Below, piece after piece: positions 28,348-41,200 of a stretch of 64,000 bases of DNA. The first letter of the stretch is position 1. Every line of letters starts with the position of its first letter. The stretch covers positions 44,208,001 to 44,272,000 of the forward strand of contig OZ249436.1 in assembly GCA_965235115.1 (NCBI GenBank), written 5' to 3'. The notes under the pieces were generated by a model. The model had not been told where the DNA came from, made no database searches, and worked only from the letters and a program-made list of their open reading frames with translations. Both the position numbers and the translations under genes were made by a program. The stretch is from Laetmonice hystrix. Lineage: Eukaryota.

Positions 28348-28419
28348 CTCCCCGACGGGGAATTGAACCCCGGTCTCCCGCGTGACAGGCGGGGATACTA
28401 ACCACTATACTATCGAGGA
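28348..28419 (-). tRNA. trnD-GTC: tRNA-Asp(GTC)
   Basis: TCCTCGATAGTATAGTGGTTAGTATCCCCGCCTGTCACGCGGGAGACCGGGGTTCAATTCCCCGTCGGGGAG, canonical eukaryotic Asp cloverleaf, followed by a T-run terminator. Confidence 0.96.
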
Positions 28420-28905
28420 TTAGATGCAGTTTAAACCAAGCTTAAAATTATCAGACTGTTGCCCCCTGAATCTTTTGAGCCCTCCTGAATAATATAATTT
28501 TGAAACAAATTAAAGCTTGCAATGACTGCAAGTCACAGCAGCAGCTCAAGGCACGAAGGCCGGAGTATTCAGGTTTATACCAGAAGGTCCTGAGTCTAGG
28601 ACCTATGACACCGTGCCATGTATTACAAAGGCCGTGGAACTGGAGAAGACAAGCCTCGGAGCCTGTGATAGCAAACAAGGACACCAACACCTCTACAGTT
28701 ACTGTAAACCTTCTGAGGAGTGAATCCAAGTGATCAAGCAAATACTTTAGCAATTTGGTAACGATCGAATGAAATATCAACATCTTCAATATGGTTGGCA
28801 CTTGAAGTGGAAACAGCTTGATGTGTGCAACCTCCTTGATAATTCGTATATGGTAGTTGAAAGGTTCCTGTGTCAGGAATCTTGGAGAAGGAAAGAAAAT
28901 GATAC

Positions 28906-28977
28906 CTCCCAGACGGGGAATTGAACCCCGGTCTCCCGCGTGACAGGCGGGGATACTAACCACTATACTATCGAGGA
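28906..28977 (-). tRNA. trnD-GTC: tRNA-Asp(GTC), one acceptor-stem mismatch
   Basis: Same as the first copy except 3' end ...CGTCTGGGAG (C5-U68 mismatch). Confidence 0.85.
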
Positions 28978-29534
28978 CTTAGTATAATTCTACAAAGCTT
29001 AAAATCAAATTATTATTTTTGCTTATTCCAAATATCCAAATGATAAAAACAGGTACTGAGAAACAAAGCACTGATTCATCACCAGCTTTAGAGGGTGCAG
29101 TCTGGAGTTGGCAACACGGGATACAACTGGAATATATCAGCCCATTTCCTTAGTCTTGACAGCAACAGTCGTCAAAACGCAACAATACACATACCTCATG
29201 AATTCTTCAAGCAGATTATCAGAAAGACCAAAGGTCGTTGACACCAAAAACACAACTCCCACAAACCAACCCATCCTCCGACGAACATGGTCTCTGCTTC
29301 GGAAATCTTGCAGACCTGGAAGAAAACAATAAATTACTTCCTGATATTGTGCTGGCCGAACCAACCGAGGCAGACTGTTGGTTGCAGTTTGGCTTATCTG
29401 ATTAAGACGGCCCATTTTTGTAGTGTTTCCATAGAAGATACTGATAAAACGACCCGACTTACGACATCCAACGTAGACAAGATCTGTTGATATAAACGTA
29501 TTAAAATTATACCTTTTTCATTTGATAACAAGTA

Positions 29535-29606
29535 GGGGGTATAGCTCAGTGGCAGAGCATTCGACTGCAGATCGAGAGGTCACCGGTTCAACTCCGGTTG
29601 CCCCCT
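29535..29606 (+). tRNA. trnC-GCA: tRNA-Cys(GCA)
   Basis: GGGGGTATAGCTCAGTGGCAGAGCATTCGACTGCAGATCGAGAGGTCACCGGTTCAACTCCGGTTGCCCCCT. Confidence 0.96.
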
Positions 29607-30062
29607 GATTCTTTTAACACCCCCTGAATGGTATAATTTTGAAACAAGTCAAAGATTGCATTGCCTACAATGACTGCATGACACAGCAGCAGCTCAAGGT
29701 ACGAAGGCCGGACTATTCAGATTTAGGCTATAGCAGAAGGTCCTGAGTAGTGGACCTATGACACCGTGCCATGTATTACAACGGCCGTGGAACTGGAGAA
29801 GACAAGCCTCGGAGCCTGTGATAGCAAACAAGGACACCAACACCTCTACAGTTACTGTAAACCTTCCGAGAAGTGAATCCAAGTGATCAAGCAAATCAAG
29901 TGAATACTCTATCAATTTGGTAACGATCGAATGAAATAGCAACATCTTCAATATGGTTGGCACTTGAAGTGGAAACAGCTTGATGTGTGCAACCTCCTTT
30001 TCGCATATGGTAGTTGAAAGGCCTCTGTCTCAGGAATCTTGGAGAAGGAAACAAAATGATCC

Positions 30063-30134
30063 CTCCCCGACGGGGAATTGAACCCCGGTCTCCCGCGTGA
30101 CAGGCGGGGATACTAACCACTATACTATCGAGGA
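30063..30134 (-). tRNA. trnD-GTC: tRNA-Asp(GTC)
   Basis: Identical to the copy at 28348. Confidence 0.96.
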
Positions 30135-30593
30135 TTAGACGTAGGAAAGGACAAGCTTAAACTTCAAATTGCTATTTAAGCCTAAAAATATACTGGCATC
30201 CCAAGAAACAGCTCGCCTACTAGTCCAATTCCTGAAAGTTCTTAGAAATACTGCACTGTTTCATAAGCAATGTGGAGACCTTCAAAAAGAGACAGACCAA
30301 CCTATAGGTCTGTGCAGATACTGAACAGCTTCTGACTGACCCCCTGTTTCTTCAGCTCTGATACTTACAATCTTCATGACTTCAAGGGCACCTGTACGAG
30401 GAGGAGAAGGTCACGGGAATAATGCAAGTATTCTGCTGCATATAATGGAGACCTTCATCTGGGCTATCCTGGCTTCAGCACACGTACATCACACAAGTAG
30501 CATTGTCCCAATTCATCCCTTTTTCCAACTGGCATGAATTTTCAAATAAAGATCTCTGCCTCAGGAATATTAGAGAAGGAAAGAAAATGAATG

Positions 30594-30665
30594 CTTCCTG
30601 ACGAGGAATTGCACCCCGGTCTCCCGCGTGACGGTGGGAGATACTAGCCACTATACTATCGAGGA
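30594..30665 (-). pseudogene. tRNA-Asp pseudogene
   Basis: Degenerate copy: T-loop GTGCAA instead of GTTCAA, disrupted anticodon arm, several stem substitutions. Confidence 0.85.
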
Positions 30666-31228
30666 CTGGATGCTATTTAAACCAAGCTTAAAATCAAATT
30701 ATTATTTTTGCCTATTCCAAATATCCAAATGATAAAAACAGGTACTGAGAAACAAAGCACTCATTCATCACCAGCTTTAGAGGATGCATTCTGGAGTTGG
30801 CAACACAGGAACTGGAATATATCAGCCCATTTCCTTAGTCTTGACGGCAACAGTCGGCAAAACGCAACAACACAAATATAGATCTACGTCATAAATTCTT
30901 CAAGCCGATTATCAGAAAGACAAAGAGTCGCTTGACACCAAAAACACAACTCCCACAAACCAACCCATCCTCCGACGAACATGGACTCTGCTTTGGAAAT
31001 CTTGCAGACCTAGAAGAAAACAATAAATTACTTCCTGATATTGTGCTGGCCGAACTAACCGAGGGAGACTGTTAGTTGCAGTTTGGGTTATCTGATTAAG
31101 ACGGCACATCTTTGTAGTGTTTCCATAGAAGATACTGATAAAACGACCCGACTTCCGACATCCAACATGGACAAGATCTTTTGATACGAACGTATTAAAA
31201 TTACACCTTTTTCATTTAATAACAACGA

Positions 31229-31300
31229 GGGGGTATAGCTCAGTGGCAGAGCATTCGACTGCAGATCGAGAGGTCACCGGTTCAAATCCGGTTGCCCCCT
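31229..31300 (+). tRNA. trnC-GCA: tRNA-Cys(GCA)
   Basis: Intact copy with T-loop TTCAAAT. Confidence 0.95.
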
Positions 31301-31783
31301 AATTATTTTGATACCCCCTGAATAATATCATTTTGAAACAAGTCAAAGATTGCATTGTCTACAATGACTGCAAGACACAGCAGCACGTCACGGAGGTTTA
31401 TACCAGAAGGTCCTGAGTAGTGGACCTATGACACCGTGCCATGTATTACAACGGCCGTGGAACTGGAGAAGACAAGCCTCGGAGCCTGTGATAGCAAACA
31501 AGGACATGCACCAACACCTCTACAGTTACTGTAAACCTTCTGAGAAGTGAATCCAAGTGATCAAGCAAATCAAGTGAATACTCTATCAATTTGGTAACGA
31601 TCGAATGAAATAGCCACATCTTCAATATGGTTGGCACTTGAAGTGGAAACAGCTTAATGTGTGCAACCTCTTTTTCGCAACTACCATATTGGAAAAAGGG
31701 CTGATTTGGGACAAATCTAACGTAGACAAGATCTGTTGATACAAACGTAGTAAAACTATACTTTTTCCATTTTATAACAAGTA

Positions 31784-31855
31784 GGGGGTACAGCTCAGTG
31801 GCAGAGCATTCGACTGCAGATCGAGAGGTCACCGGTTCAACTCCGGTTGTCCCCT
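31784..31855 (+). tRNA. trnC-GCA: tRNA-Cys(GCA) variant (U8>C, G5-U68), possibly impaired
   Basis: GGGGGTACAGCTC...GGTTGTCCCCT. Confidence 0.8.
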
Positions 31856-32424
31856 GATTATTTTGAGACCCCCTGAATAATATCATTTTGAAACAAGTCA
31901 AAAATTGCATTGCCTACAATGACTGCAAGACACAGCAGCAGCTCAAGGCACGAAGGCCGGAGTATTCAGGTTTATACCAGAAGGTCCTGAGTAGTGGACC
32001 TATGACACCGTGCCATGTATTACAACGGCTGTGGAACTGGAGAAAACAAGCCTCGGAGCCTGTGATAGCAAACAAGGACATGCATCAACACCTCTACAGT
32101 TACCGTAAACCTTCTGTGAAGTGAATCCAAGTGATCAAGGAAATACGGTATCAATTTGGTAACGATCGAATCAAATAGCCACATCTTCAATACGGTTGGC
32201 ACTTGAAGTGAAACGGCTTGATGTGTGCAACCTCCTTTTCGCATATGGTAGTTGAAAGGCCCCTGTCTCAGGAATCAATTTGGTAACGATCAAATAAAAT
32301 AGCACATCTTCAATATGGTTGGTACTTGAAGTGGAAACGGCTTGATGTGTGCAACCTCTTTTTCGCATATGGTAGTTGAAAGGCCCCTGTCTCAGGAATC
32401 TTGGAGAAGGAAACAAAATGATCC

Positions 32425-32496
32425 CTCCCCGACGGGGAATTGAACCCCGGTCTCCCGCGTGACAGGCGGGGATACTAACCACTATACTATCGAGGA
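32425..32496 (-). tRNA. trnD-GTC: tRNA-Asp(GTC)
   Basis: Identical to the copy at 28348. Confidence 0.96.
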
Positions 32497-33055
32497 CTGG
32501 ATGCTATTTAAACCAAGCTTAAAATCAAATTATTATTTTTGCTTATTCCAAATATCCAAATGATAAAAACAGGTACTGAGAAACAAAGCTCTGATTCATC
32601 ACCAGCTTTAGAGGATGCATTCTGGAGTTGGCAGCACAGGATACAACTGGAATATATCAGCCCATTTCCTTAGCCTTGACGGCAACAGTCGTCAAAACGC
32701 AACGACACACATACTTCATAAATTCTTCTAGCAGATTATCAGAAAGACAAAAAGTCGTTGACACCAAAAACACAACTCCCACAGACCAACCCATCCTCCG
32801 ACGAACATGGTCTCTGCTTCGGAAATTTTGCAGACCTGGAAGAAAACAATAAATTACTTCCTGATATTTTGCTGGCCGAACCAACCGAGGCTGACTGTTA
32901 GTGGCAGTTTGGGTTATCTGATTAAGACGGCCCATTTTTGTAGTGTTTCCATAGAAGATACTGATAAAACGACCCGACTTACGACATCCAACGTAGACAA
33001 GATCTTTTGATTAGGAACGTTTTAAAATTACACCTTTTTCATTTGATAACAAGTA

Positions 33056-33127
33056 GGGGGTATAGCTCAGTGGCAGAGCATTCGACTGCAGATCGAGAGG
33101 TCACCGGTTCAACTCCGGTTGCCCCCT
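33056..33127 (+). tRNA. trnC-GCA: tRNA-Cys(GCA)
   Basis: Identical to the copy at 29535. Confidence 0.96.
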
Positions 33128-33583
33128 GATTCTTTTAACACCCCCTGAATGGTATAATTTTGAAACAAGTCAAGGATTGCATTGCCTACAATGACTGCAA
33201 GACACAGCAGCAGGTCAAGGCACGAAGGCTGGAGTATTCAGATTTAGGCTATAGCAGAAGGTCCTGAGTAGTGGGCTTATGACACCGTGCCATGTATTAC
33301 AAAGGCCGTGGAACTGGAGAAGACAAGCCTCGGAGCCTGTGATAGCAAACAACGACACCAACACCTCTACAGTTACTGTAAACCTTCTGAGAAGTGAATC
33401 CAAGTGATCAAGCAAATCAAGTGAATACTCTATCAATTTGGTAACGATCGAATGAAATAGCAACATCTTCAATATAGTTGGCACTTGAAGTGGAAAAAGC
33501 TTGATGTGTTCAACCTCGTTTTCGCATATGGTAGTTGAAAGGCCCCTGTCCCAGGAATCTTGGAGAAGGAAACAAAATGATCC

Positions 33584-33655
33584 CTTCCCGACGGGGAATT
33601 GAACCCCGGTCTCCGGCGTGACAGGCGGGGATACTAACCACTATACTATCGAGGA
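33584..33655 (-). tRNA. trnD-GTC: tRNA-Asp(GTC) variant with acceptor and anticodon stem mismatches (possible pseudogene)
   Basis: Two substitutions versus the intact copies (cttcccgac; ctccggcgtg). Confidence 0.7.
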
Positions 33656-33867
33656 TTAGATGTAAGAAAGAACAAGCTTAAACTTCAAATTGCTATTTAA
33701 GCCTAAAAATACACTGGCATCCCAAGAAACTGGTCGCCTCCTAGTCCAATTCATAAAGGTGCCTCCTAGTGGCACATAGCTGAATCACCGCTGGCTGTCG
33801 ATGGACTGACGGGAGGCCATTAACTTCCTATTAGTGTTTAATAGTAACTCTGATTCTAACTCAACCA

Positions 33868-34282
33868 CTAACAAGCTATATCCCTGAGAAAATATGGATG
33901 ACATCGTTATGACATCATAGGTCACGTGACCTAAACAGAAGAAGTAGTTACTTAACCGATTTACGACCTATAGGACCCAGTTCTCCCTAAGGTCAAAGGT
34001 CAAACGAAGGGTCAGTCTTTGGCAAGACCCTTGCCTAATCAAAACGCCTTGATAGATATTGTAAATTTCCAATACGAACTTTAAAAATGGCCCCTAATGT
34101 CCCAAAAATTTGACGCCATGACGTGACGTCACGTGACGTCATGACTCATTGTCTGACCAGACTTTATCATGGTCAAGATGCCTGCCAAGTTTGGTTGAGA
34201 TATCTTGAAAATCGACTGAGACGTGCTGTTTACTATTACTACTACAACGCAAAGACCATACAATATCAAGATCCCATCCCCT
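33868..34282 (+). mobile_element. Putative Helentron-associated (HINE-like) non-autonomous element
   Basis: gtcacgtgac and ggtcaaaggtca core motifs, (tac)n microsatellite, then a terminal hairpin tcccatcccc-tgtag-ggggatggga; tRNA-spacer-like sequence resumes after it. Confidence 0.4.
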
Positions 34283-35220
34283 GTAGGGGGATGGGATAAT
34301 AAATGACAAGCGTAAACTTCATATTGCTATTTATGCCTAAAAATATACTATCTAGCACTAGAGAATCTATACCATTTCAAACAAGCTGAATATCAAGTTA
34401 TTATATTTGCCTCTTCCAAATCTACAATCTCCGTGACTAAGATCAGTTTTTACCCGTGACTGAGACAACCTGATTTATCGTCAGCCCTTTTGTCCGAAAG
34501 TTCTCATGAGTTGAAGTCGTTTGAGATCTCAGCTGTTAATATAATATCCAACATGTCAGTTGTAACTCTGTTACCTGTGATACTGAACAGATTGTGCACT
34601 ATCTGTCAGTCTGTGCTAAATCAATTTACACAATTACTTGATAAGACATGACTATTTATCAACGATCATCGCTATAATCATCGCTATAATCATCGTAACC
34701 TCCTCGGCCTGCTCCTTGAGATTTAATACCATTTTCCACATCAAAGAGCGCCAAAATACCGCACTAACATACCCTATCTTTGTGTTAATCAATTCCATCT
34801 GCATCCCCACATGTACGCCATTTAGTCTTGATCCTATCGCCTCGCAAGCCATTGGTGTTGTTTGTGGAGTGTCTTCACCTCGACAGATGTGGCACAACGA
34901 TATGTTTCCCGCCTTCAAATCGTCGGCCCGGAATCTCGAACGTGGTGTACTTACCCCACGGGCATTCGGAACCGAGGGGGAAAAAGTACGTATGTAATTT
35001 AGGCTGGCACAACGACATAGGAATGTACATGTAATGTCGTGACAGATGTGATACACTTAGGTACATCTGTGCTTCCAGACCCTCACAAGTCATCTCCTCC
35101 TCTTCGACCAACGCCACTGTCTGGATCTCTGAGAATTAAGGACATACCAGGTCTAGATCTACTCCTCGTACATTGCGGTCTAGATCTACTCCTCGTACAT
35201 TGCGGCCAGGTATAGCCTCC

Positions 35221-38200
35221 ATGATGATACGAGAACGGTCCCTGAAGAAGACTGGAGGCGACTATGAGATGTTAAAAGCCGAGAGTCTCGGCAATAAATG
35301 TCTCTTTGAAGATCCTGATTTTCCTGCAGTGAACAAAAGCATATTCTTCAGTAAGCCTCTTCCAGAATTAGTCAAGTGGAAACGCCCATTGGTAAGTTTT
35401 AATAGGCGTCTTAACATTCAGTGTCTAACATTTCAGGGTTGCTGGCTACCCCTCTCTCGTGAGAGAGCGAATCGGGAGAAGGATCATGCCTAATAAAGAC
35501 GGGCAAATCCTTCTAAAATATGAACTAGCCGGCCAGATCTTTTTTCATTGTCTACCGAGGCTCCAAAAATTAATATTTTCATTACCCTGCCAAACTGTTA
35601 ATATAAGACGTGATTATGTCGACAGGTGGTTTTCAATTTTATGTCGATGACGTTTTGGTTCGTTTACCGTTGCTGTCACAATAATATGGAGCGCTTGAGT
35701 GAACAACACTCCAACATAGCGCGGCTTGGCGCCTTTATACCTTGGCGCCTTGATACCTTTTCGTCAAAGTATTCGCAATTCTAAGAAGGCAGGTTATTTT
35801 CGAGTCTTGCTTTTATCATTATTCTTTCTAAGTGTTATATGAATTTAGTATTTTTACATCAGGAGCTCGTTTCACTAAGACTGTACGAGCTTCTAAACAG
35901 GAAACAACTCGTACATTTTGCTATTATGATCTACAGAAAATACAAGCTCGTAAAATACGAGTGTTTAGTGATACGGACCCCAGAGTCGTATAGGTATGCC
36001 CTCGTATATCCGTGGATTGAGGTCTTTACTGCCGTGAAATGACAAAAGGAAGCAAGTCCGAAAGTTCAAGTTTCGAGAAATGGACATAAACAAGTTATCT
36101 GTACAGTGCAGTTGAATGGGCATGCTTCCTTCTGTCATGTGACTGATAGCTTTATAGAAGGATGTTTGCAGAAATACACCCATTGATAGATAGAACTTAC
36201 TTCCCTGAATCCAAATTTACACATCAGTCGATTTTGATGAAAGTTGGACTTGCTTCCTTTTGTCATTTCACGGCAGTTTAGTGCATGATTGTTATTTATT
36301 TCCGTCAATGGCATGAATAAGACGTTATATCTGCATGCGTCTCAAAAAAAGGGAACAGTACAATGAAATATACGTATGGGTCAATTAGTAGGAGGGGTCA
36401 GTTGGTCGATAATCTATACTACTGTGAAGGTAGACATGAGCGAATACGTAGGAGAGAATGGGGGGAGGGGACTCAGTAGGACGTACCTGTTATCCCCGTA
36501 TATGCCTTGTCAATGGTGTTGTTTTACAAGTATACCCCAGTAAGAGGATCTCAGACCTTATTGTTAAGGTTGAGTAGAATTCATAGGTCTAGGACAAGCC
36601 AGGAAACGTTTCCGTCTTGATTGCGATTGGTACGATATAATAATATCAGGGCCGGAGCCAGGATTTCTTTTCAAGGGAGGGGGGGGGGGGGGTTGCAGTC
36701 GTCTGTCCGAAATTATTATTATATGAAATATATAGGCTACTTATCACTTTAGATTTCATATTCACACTGTGGTTCGTGGAGGACGGACATTTCAACCTTT
36801 GTTTTTCTTTTCTTTTTTCCCCTCTTTAATATACATCTCAACTTCCTACACTTGTTGTTCGTAGGTCTATACTTGAGAGTAGAAATCATTGTGATATCAT
36901 ATAAACCAATCATCATAACAATTCCTCTTCATATAGGTCCACAGTAAACTATTTTATCACAAATCTAGAAAGAGACGGAGTGGAGCGGAGGGCGGTCGGT
37001 GCATAGACTTATTTACAAGGAGACGGCAATTTTATATGTTTGTATGTGTACCATCAGGAACTCTGCCCTGACGGTTTGTTTATTGCGGATGGGGTGAGCC
37101 GATTTGACCTCGTCCAGAGCCCCCGACTCGGTGAGTACCAGTCTAACATCCCCCTGCATATATCACCATGTGTTTATAACGTAAAGAGAGGTCTCTACTC
37201 TGTTGATATACTGTTGATACACTGTTGATTAATAGCCTTGCTGTGAATCTGTTTTTACCCCTTGGTGGCTCTGATTTGGCTCAGCAGACATCGGCTACTT
37301 TCTGAGTTCATGTTTTGTATGTAGCCTAAAACGGCTTCGAAAATAAGCCCAGTTCTGTACCCTGCACATTTAGGCCTAACTGTTTTCGATTCCACCGAGG
37401 TTACAATAGGGTGTGCAAGTGGGTCAAGAGAAAACATGAGAAAACGCGAGAACAGCCGGGTTTGGTCCTAATAAAATATTATTATTTCATATTGGTTAGG
37501 ACGCTTTCATTTTTTGTACCTTACAAAACAAGAGCATCAACCTGTTTAACGTGTGAAAGAACACTTTTTATCTTTTAGATGTCAAAATTGACAAAAATCT
37601 AGTCGATGTTTAAAAGTGTGTTTTCTCATCCCATGTTAATTAAACTAATGGAGAAATTGTGACGTAACGATCGTTTAGGGACCAAAGTGACACGTTTCGA
37701 GGCTATTTCTGCTCATTGACATGTTAATGACACGAGACTTTCACGCCCAGTGAGATGGACAAAGCATTATGACCGGAAATGCGAATTAAATCATATTTTA
37801 TCCGCTTCTGATCACTCCATCATGTGTGTTGACCTGACGGCACTGATTTTGTTTCTGTGTTTTTATTCAGGTAACTGTTGGTTTGTCGCGGCTGCGTCTG
37901 TACTCGCGTCACATCCAGCTCTGTTTGAACAAGTCGTCCCGACAGAACAATCCTTCACCAAAGATTACGCAGGTATCAGATTTCATATTGCCACAGGAGA
38001 AACTTTGTTTGAAATCTTGTCATAAGTGCTTGGTTCATGCAGCAGATTCAAGTAAGCAGTATGCCCTGACAACAGGCATTGATAACAGGCAGCTAACCAC
38101 AAGACAATTTTCCGAGAATATTGTACTGAAAGTCCCAAGCTTTCGACTTACTAAAACAAGTAAATGTCCACAGATCCTAGGTAGTAGACTATGGAACGAA

Positions 38201-41200
38201 TCCCCTCAAACAATACGCAAAGCCAAAACGTACCCTCAGTTTAAAACCATGGTTAAAAACTTCTACAACATGGTATAAAAGACAATTCAGCGACCTATCC
38301 CCTATCCCCCCCTCACAACTAGTATAATTACTACCTCATATTATCTCACCCTGACCCCCTAGGTAAAACTAGAACTGTCTTTGTATATATAATTTTTTTT
38401 TCAATATGTTCACTGTATATATGTTTGTACCACCACTATATTTGTATATAGCCATTCTCATTCTCGCTACACCTTCGCCAAGCTATACCATAAAACGACA
38501 TGTAAGGAACTCAATAGAGTCCAGATCAGAAGGGACGGAAGACCGGACTGTATATCTCCGAGTCCCTTCATACTGGTACAAAGTTATGTTAATAAAAAAA
38601 AAAAAAAAAAAAAAGTTTAGGATTCAGGCCCGTCATTGTCTAAGTGTCCAGCATCTTTCAACATTAAACCTGTCTTTTGGAAATAGGTTGAATCCATCTA
38701 AGCCTACTTAGCTTTATATATTATGCAGTCAGTGATATTATATTTCCATGATGCAAGCGATGTTATGTCATATACGTTGAGTTTATTCCCACTTTTGAGT
38801 TTTCGCGAAAACAACAACTAGCGGCTTACAGAAGACTGTTTGCTACCGCCTGTCGGTAAAGAACCTCATTAGCCCTAATCATACCAAGATATTATGCAAC
38901 CTGTTCATACCGGAAGTGATCAGAAAGGACCCTCACTTTTATCAAACTTTTTCTAACCTGATATCAGGCACAGCCTGAAATTAGAAGTTAAAAGTCACAA
39001 TAGTAGATTTCTTTTCTTTACACAAGAGAAAAGGTGGCTGGGGTCGTAAACTCCCTCTCCTGGCATGGTTAGGGTTAAAGGGGGTTTTCATCGATTTTTG
39101 TGTTTTGAATATTATCTTGCCTTGAGGTAGACCTTGACTGTGGTAAAACTAAAGGGCCTTGTCCACTGAGCTTTCGGCCGTGCGATTTTCCTTGCGATGC
39201 GACAGTTGCCCAGCCTAAAAGGCTCTGTGACTGCTGCATCGCAAGGGAAATCGCCAGTGGACAAGGCCCAGCCCTGAACCCACTATGCGAATTATGCCTT
39301 GCAACACCAGTCGCAAGCCTTGCGTAACCAGTCGCAAGGCTTGCAACACCAATCAAGGCTTGCGACCAAGGCTTGTGATAATATCAAACATGTTTGATAT
39401 TTCCCCGTCTTGTCGCAAGCCTTGCAACAGGCTCGTCGCAAGCCTTGCGACAGCCTGTCGCAAGGCATAAAGCGCATAGTTCAGGGCTTTACTAAAACTG
39501 CAATGCTGGGTTTTTTTCCTGCTGCCTCTTGGAGACAGACAACACCCATTTTATAATAGTTTATCCACTGTTCATGATGTGGTCATGCCCCTTTAAACTG
39601 TGATGTTAACTATGTTGTAGGAATTTTCCGGTTTTTCTTCTGGCAGTTTGGTGACTGGTACGAGGTGGTGATAGATGACCGATTGCCAGTCAGGAGAGGA
39701 GGAAACGAACCCTTGTTCTGTCAGAACGTCCTGCAACCCAAGGAGTTCTGGAGTGCATTACTGGAGAAAGCTTACGCTAAGTAAGCCTGCATAAGTACCA
39801 CAGAGCGACCACAGAGGGCGCACTGCGATCGCAGCGCCATTCAGTGGACATCGTGTGAAACCTTTGACGTCAATGTTATTTCAGTATCAGAAATTTTCTT
39901 CCAGCCGTGAAATATTACGTTAATATTGGATGGTTCCGACCCCAAACAGGGAGTAGGCTACCCGGTTAGAAGTACCCCCCATTCTCCTCTCCATCGGGAC
40001 TGGCCGCCTAGATTTTAAATTACTCCTATTTGAATATTCCGGTAACAGTTTGGCACTTCGTCGGCTATCTAATCTTGCGCTACGATGTGGGCGCGAGGCC
40101 TAGTGCGACAGTGCTGCCACCATGCGGAACAATATTTTTACGAGTCCAAATGTAGAGAAATCTTGCCACCATCCCAGGTATGGCGCTGCGATCGGTACAT
40201 AGAAGGACGGACAGTTCTTTGTGGGCTTACCCTCTCATATAATACTCAGCTGTTTGAATCCAAGCTTTGACATGGAAATTTGAATTCAGGTGTAAATGAC
40301 ATAGAAGCTCAATCTAAATATAATGTAGTTCTTGCCCTTAGCTAAGAAAGAAAAATGAATAATAGTTAACCACCGATAAGCCTACAGTAGGCCTACTGGA
40401 TAAACGTCTAGTGTTCCTAACAAGGCAGATCAGAGGGTTTGGTTTTTGTAAATCAGAGTTTACCATTATTGAACGATTCGAACAGGCTCTATGGCTCGTA
40501 CGAATCCCTGGAAGGAGGGAAGATCCAGGATGCCCTAGTGGATTTTACCGGAGGTGCGGGAGAAGTTATTAATTTATCCAAACCTCCTAGAAAACTCTTC
40601 CGGTTCATTCAGCTGGTGACTCGGATGAACAATCTCATGGGATGTTCAATTCAGGTATCTATGTCTTTATATTCAGTGTTTTATTGTGCATAATTCCCCT
40701 TAAAGTTTATTTTGATAGCAATATCTAGCCACATCCATTTATGTCGATTCCCATTACATGAGAGATGTAATAGTTTTTCTTACACTAAACAATAACATAA
40801 GAAAGTAAGAAAGATGGGGCCTGGAAATAAAATAGGAAAAAAGTTAAAGGTAAAAGGAATCTATGGTAGATATTTCTAAAAGGGTTCTTACGATACCAAA
40901 ATTTGTCGCCCAAGATTTTGTGATTTGTCATAATTTTTAAAAATTTTAAACACAATTGCTGGTTTGAAAAATCAAACGACAAAAACTTATGCTATTCTAC
41001 TTTCCTCCCGATAACACTTCGTAACTGTGGCAGAATTCTACTACTGATTGAGAGTGTCCTTTAAACAGATAGTTTTGCATTTCCTGTTTGCTAAAGGGGG
41101 ACTCGGAGATGGCCAAGAAGCAAGGTCTAATTTCGCAACATGCATATTGCATCACAGGCGTGACCAAGGTCATATATTTCTCTCTCTTTTTTTTTTTAAT

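Noticed and set aside
28451..33484. Recurrent ORFs starting MVSIPACHAGDRGSIP and related spacer ORFs
   Set aside because: Translations of tRNA-Asp genes and duplicated spacers; frames differ between copies.
34638..35117. Overlapping ORFs of 68-134 aa upstream of calpain
   Set aside because: No recognisable domain or consistent splice structure.
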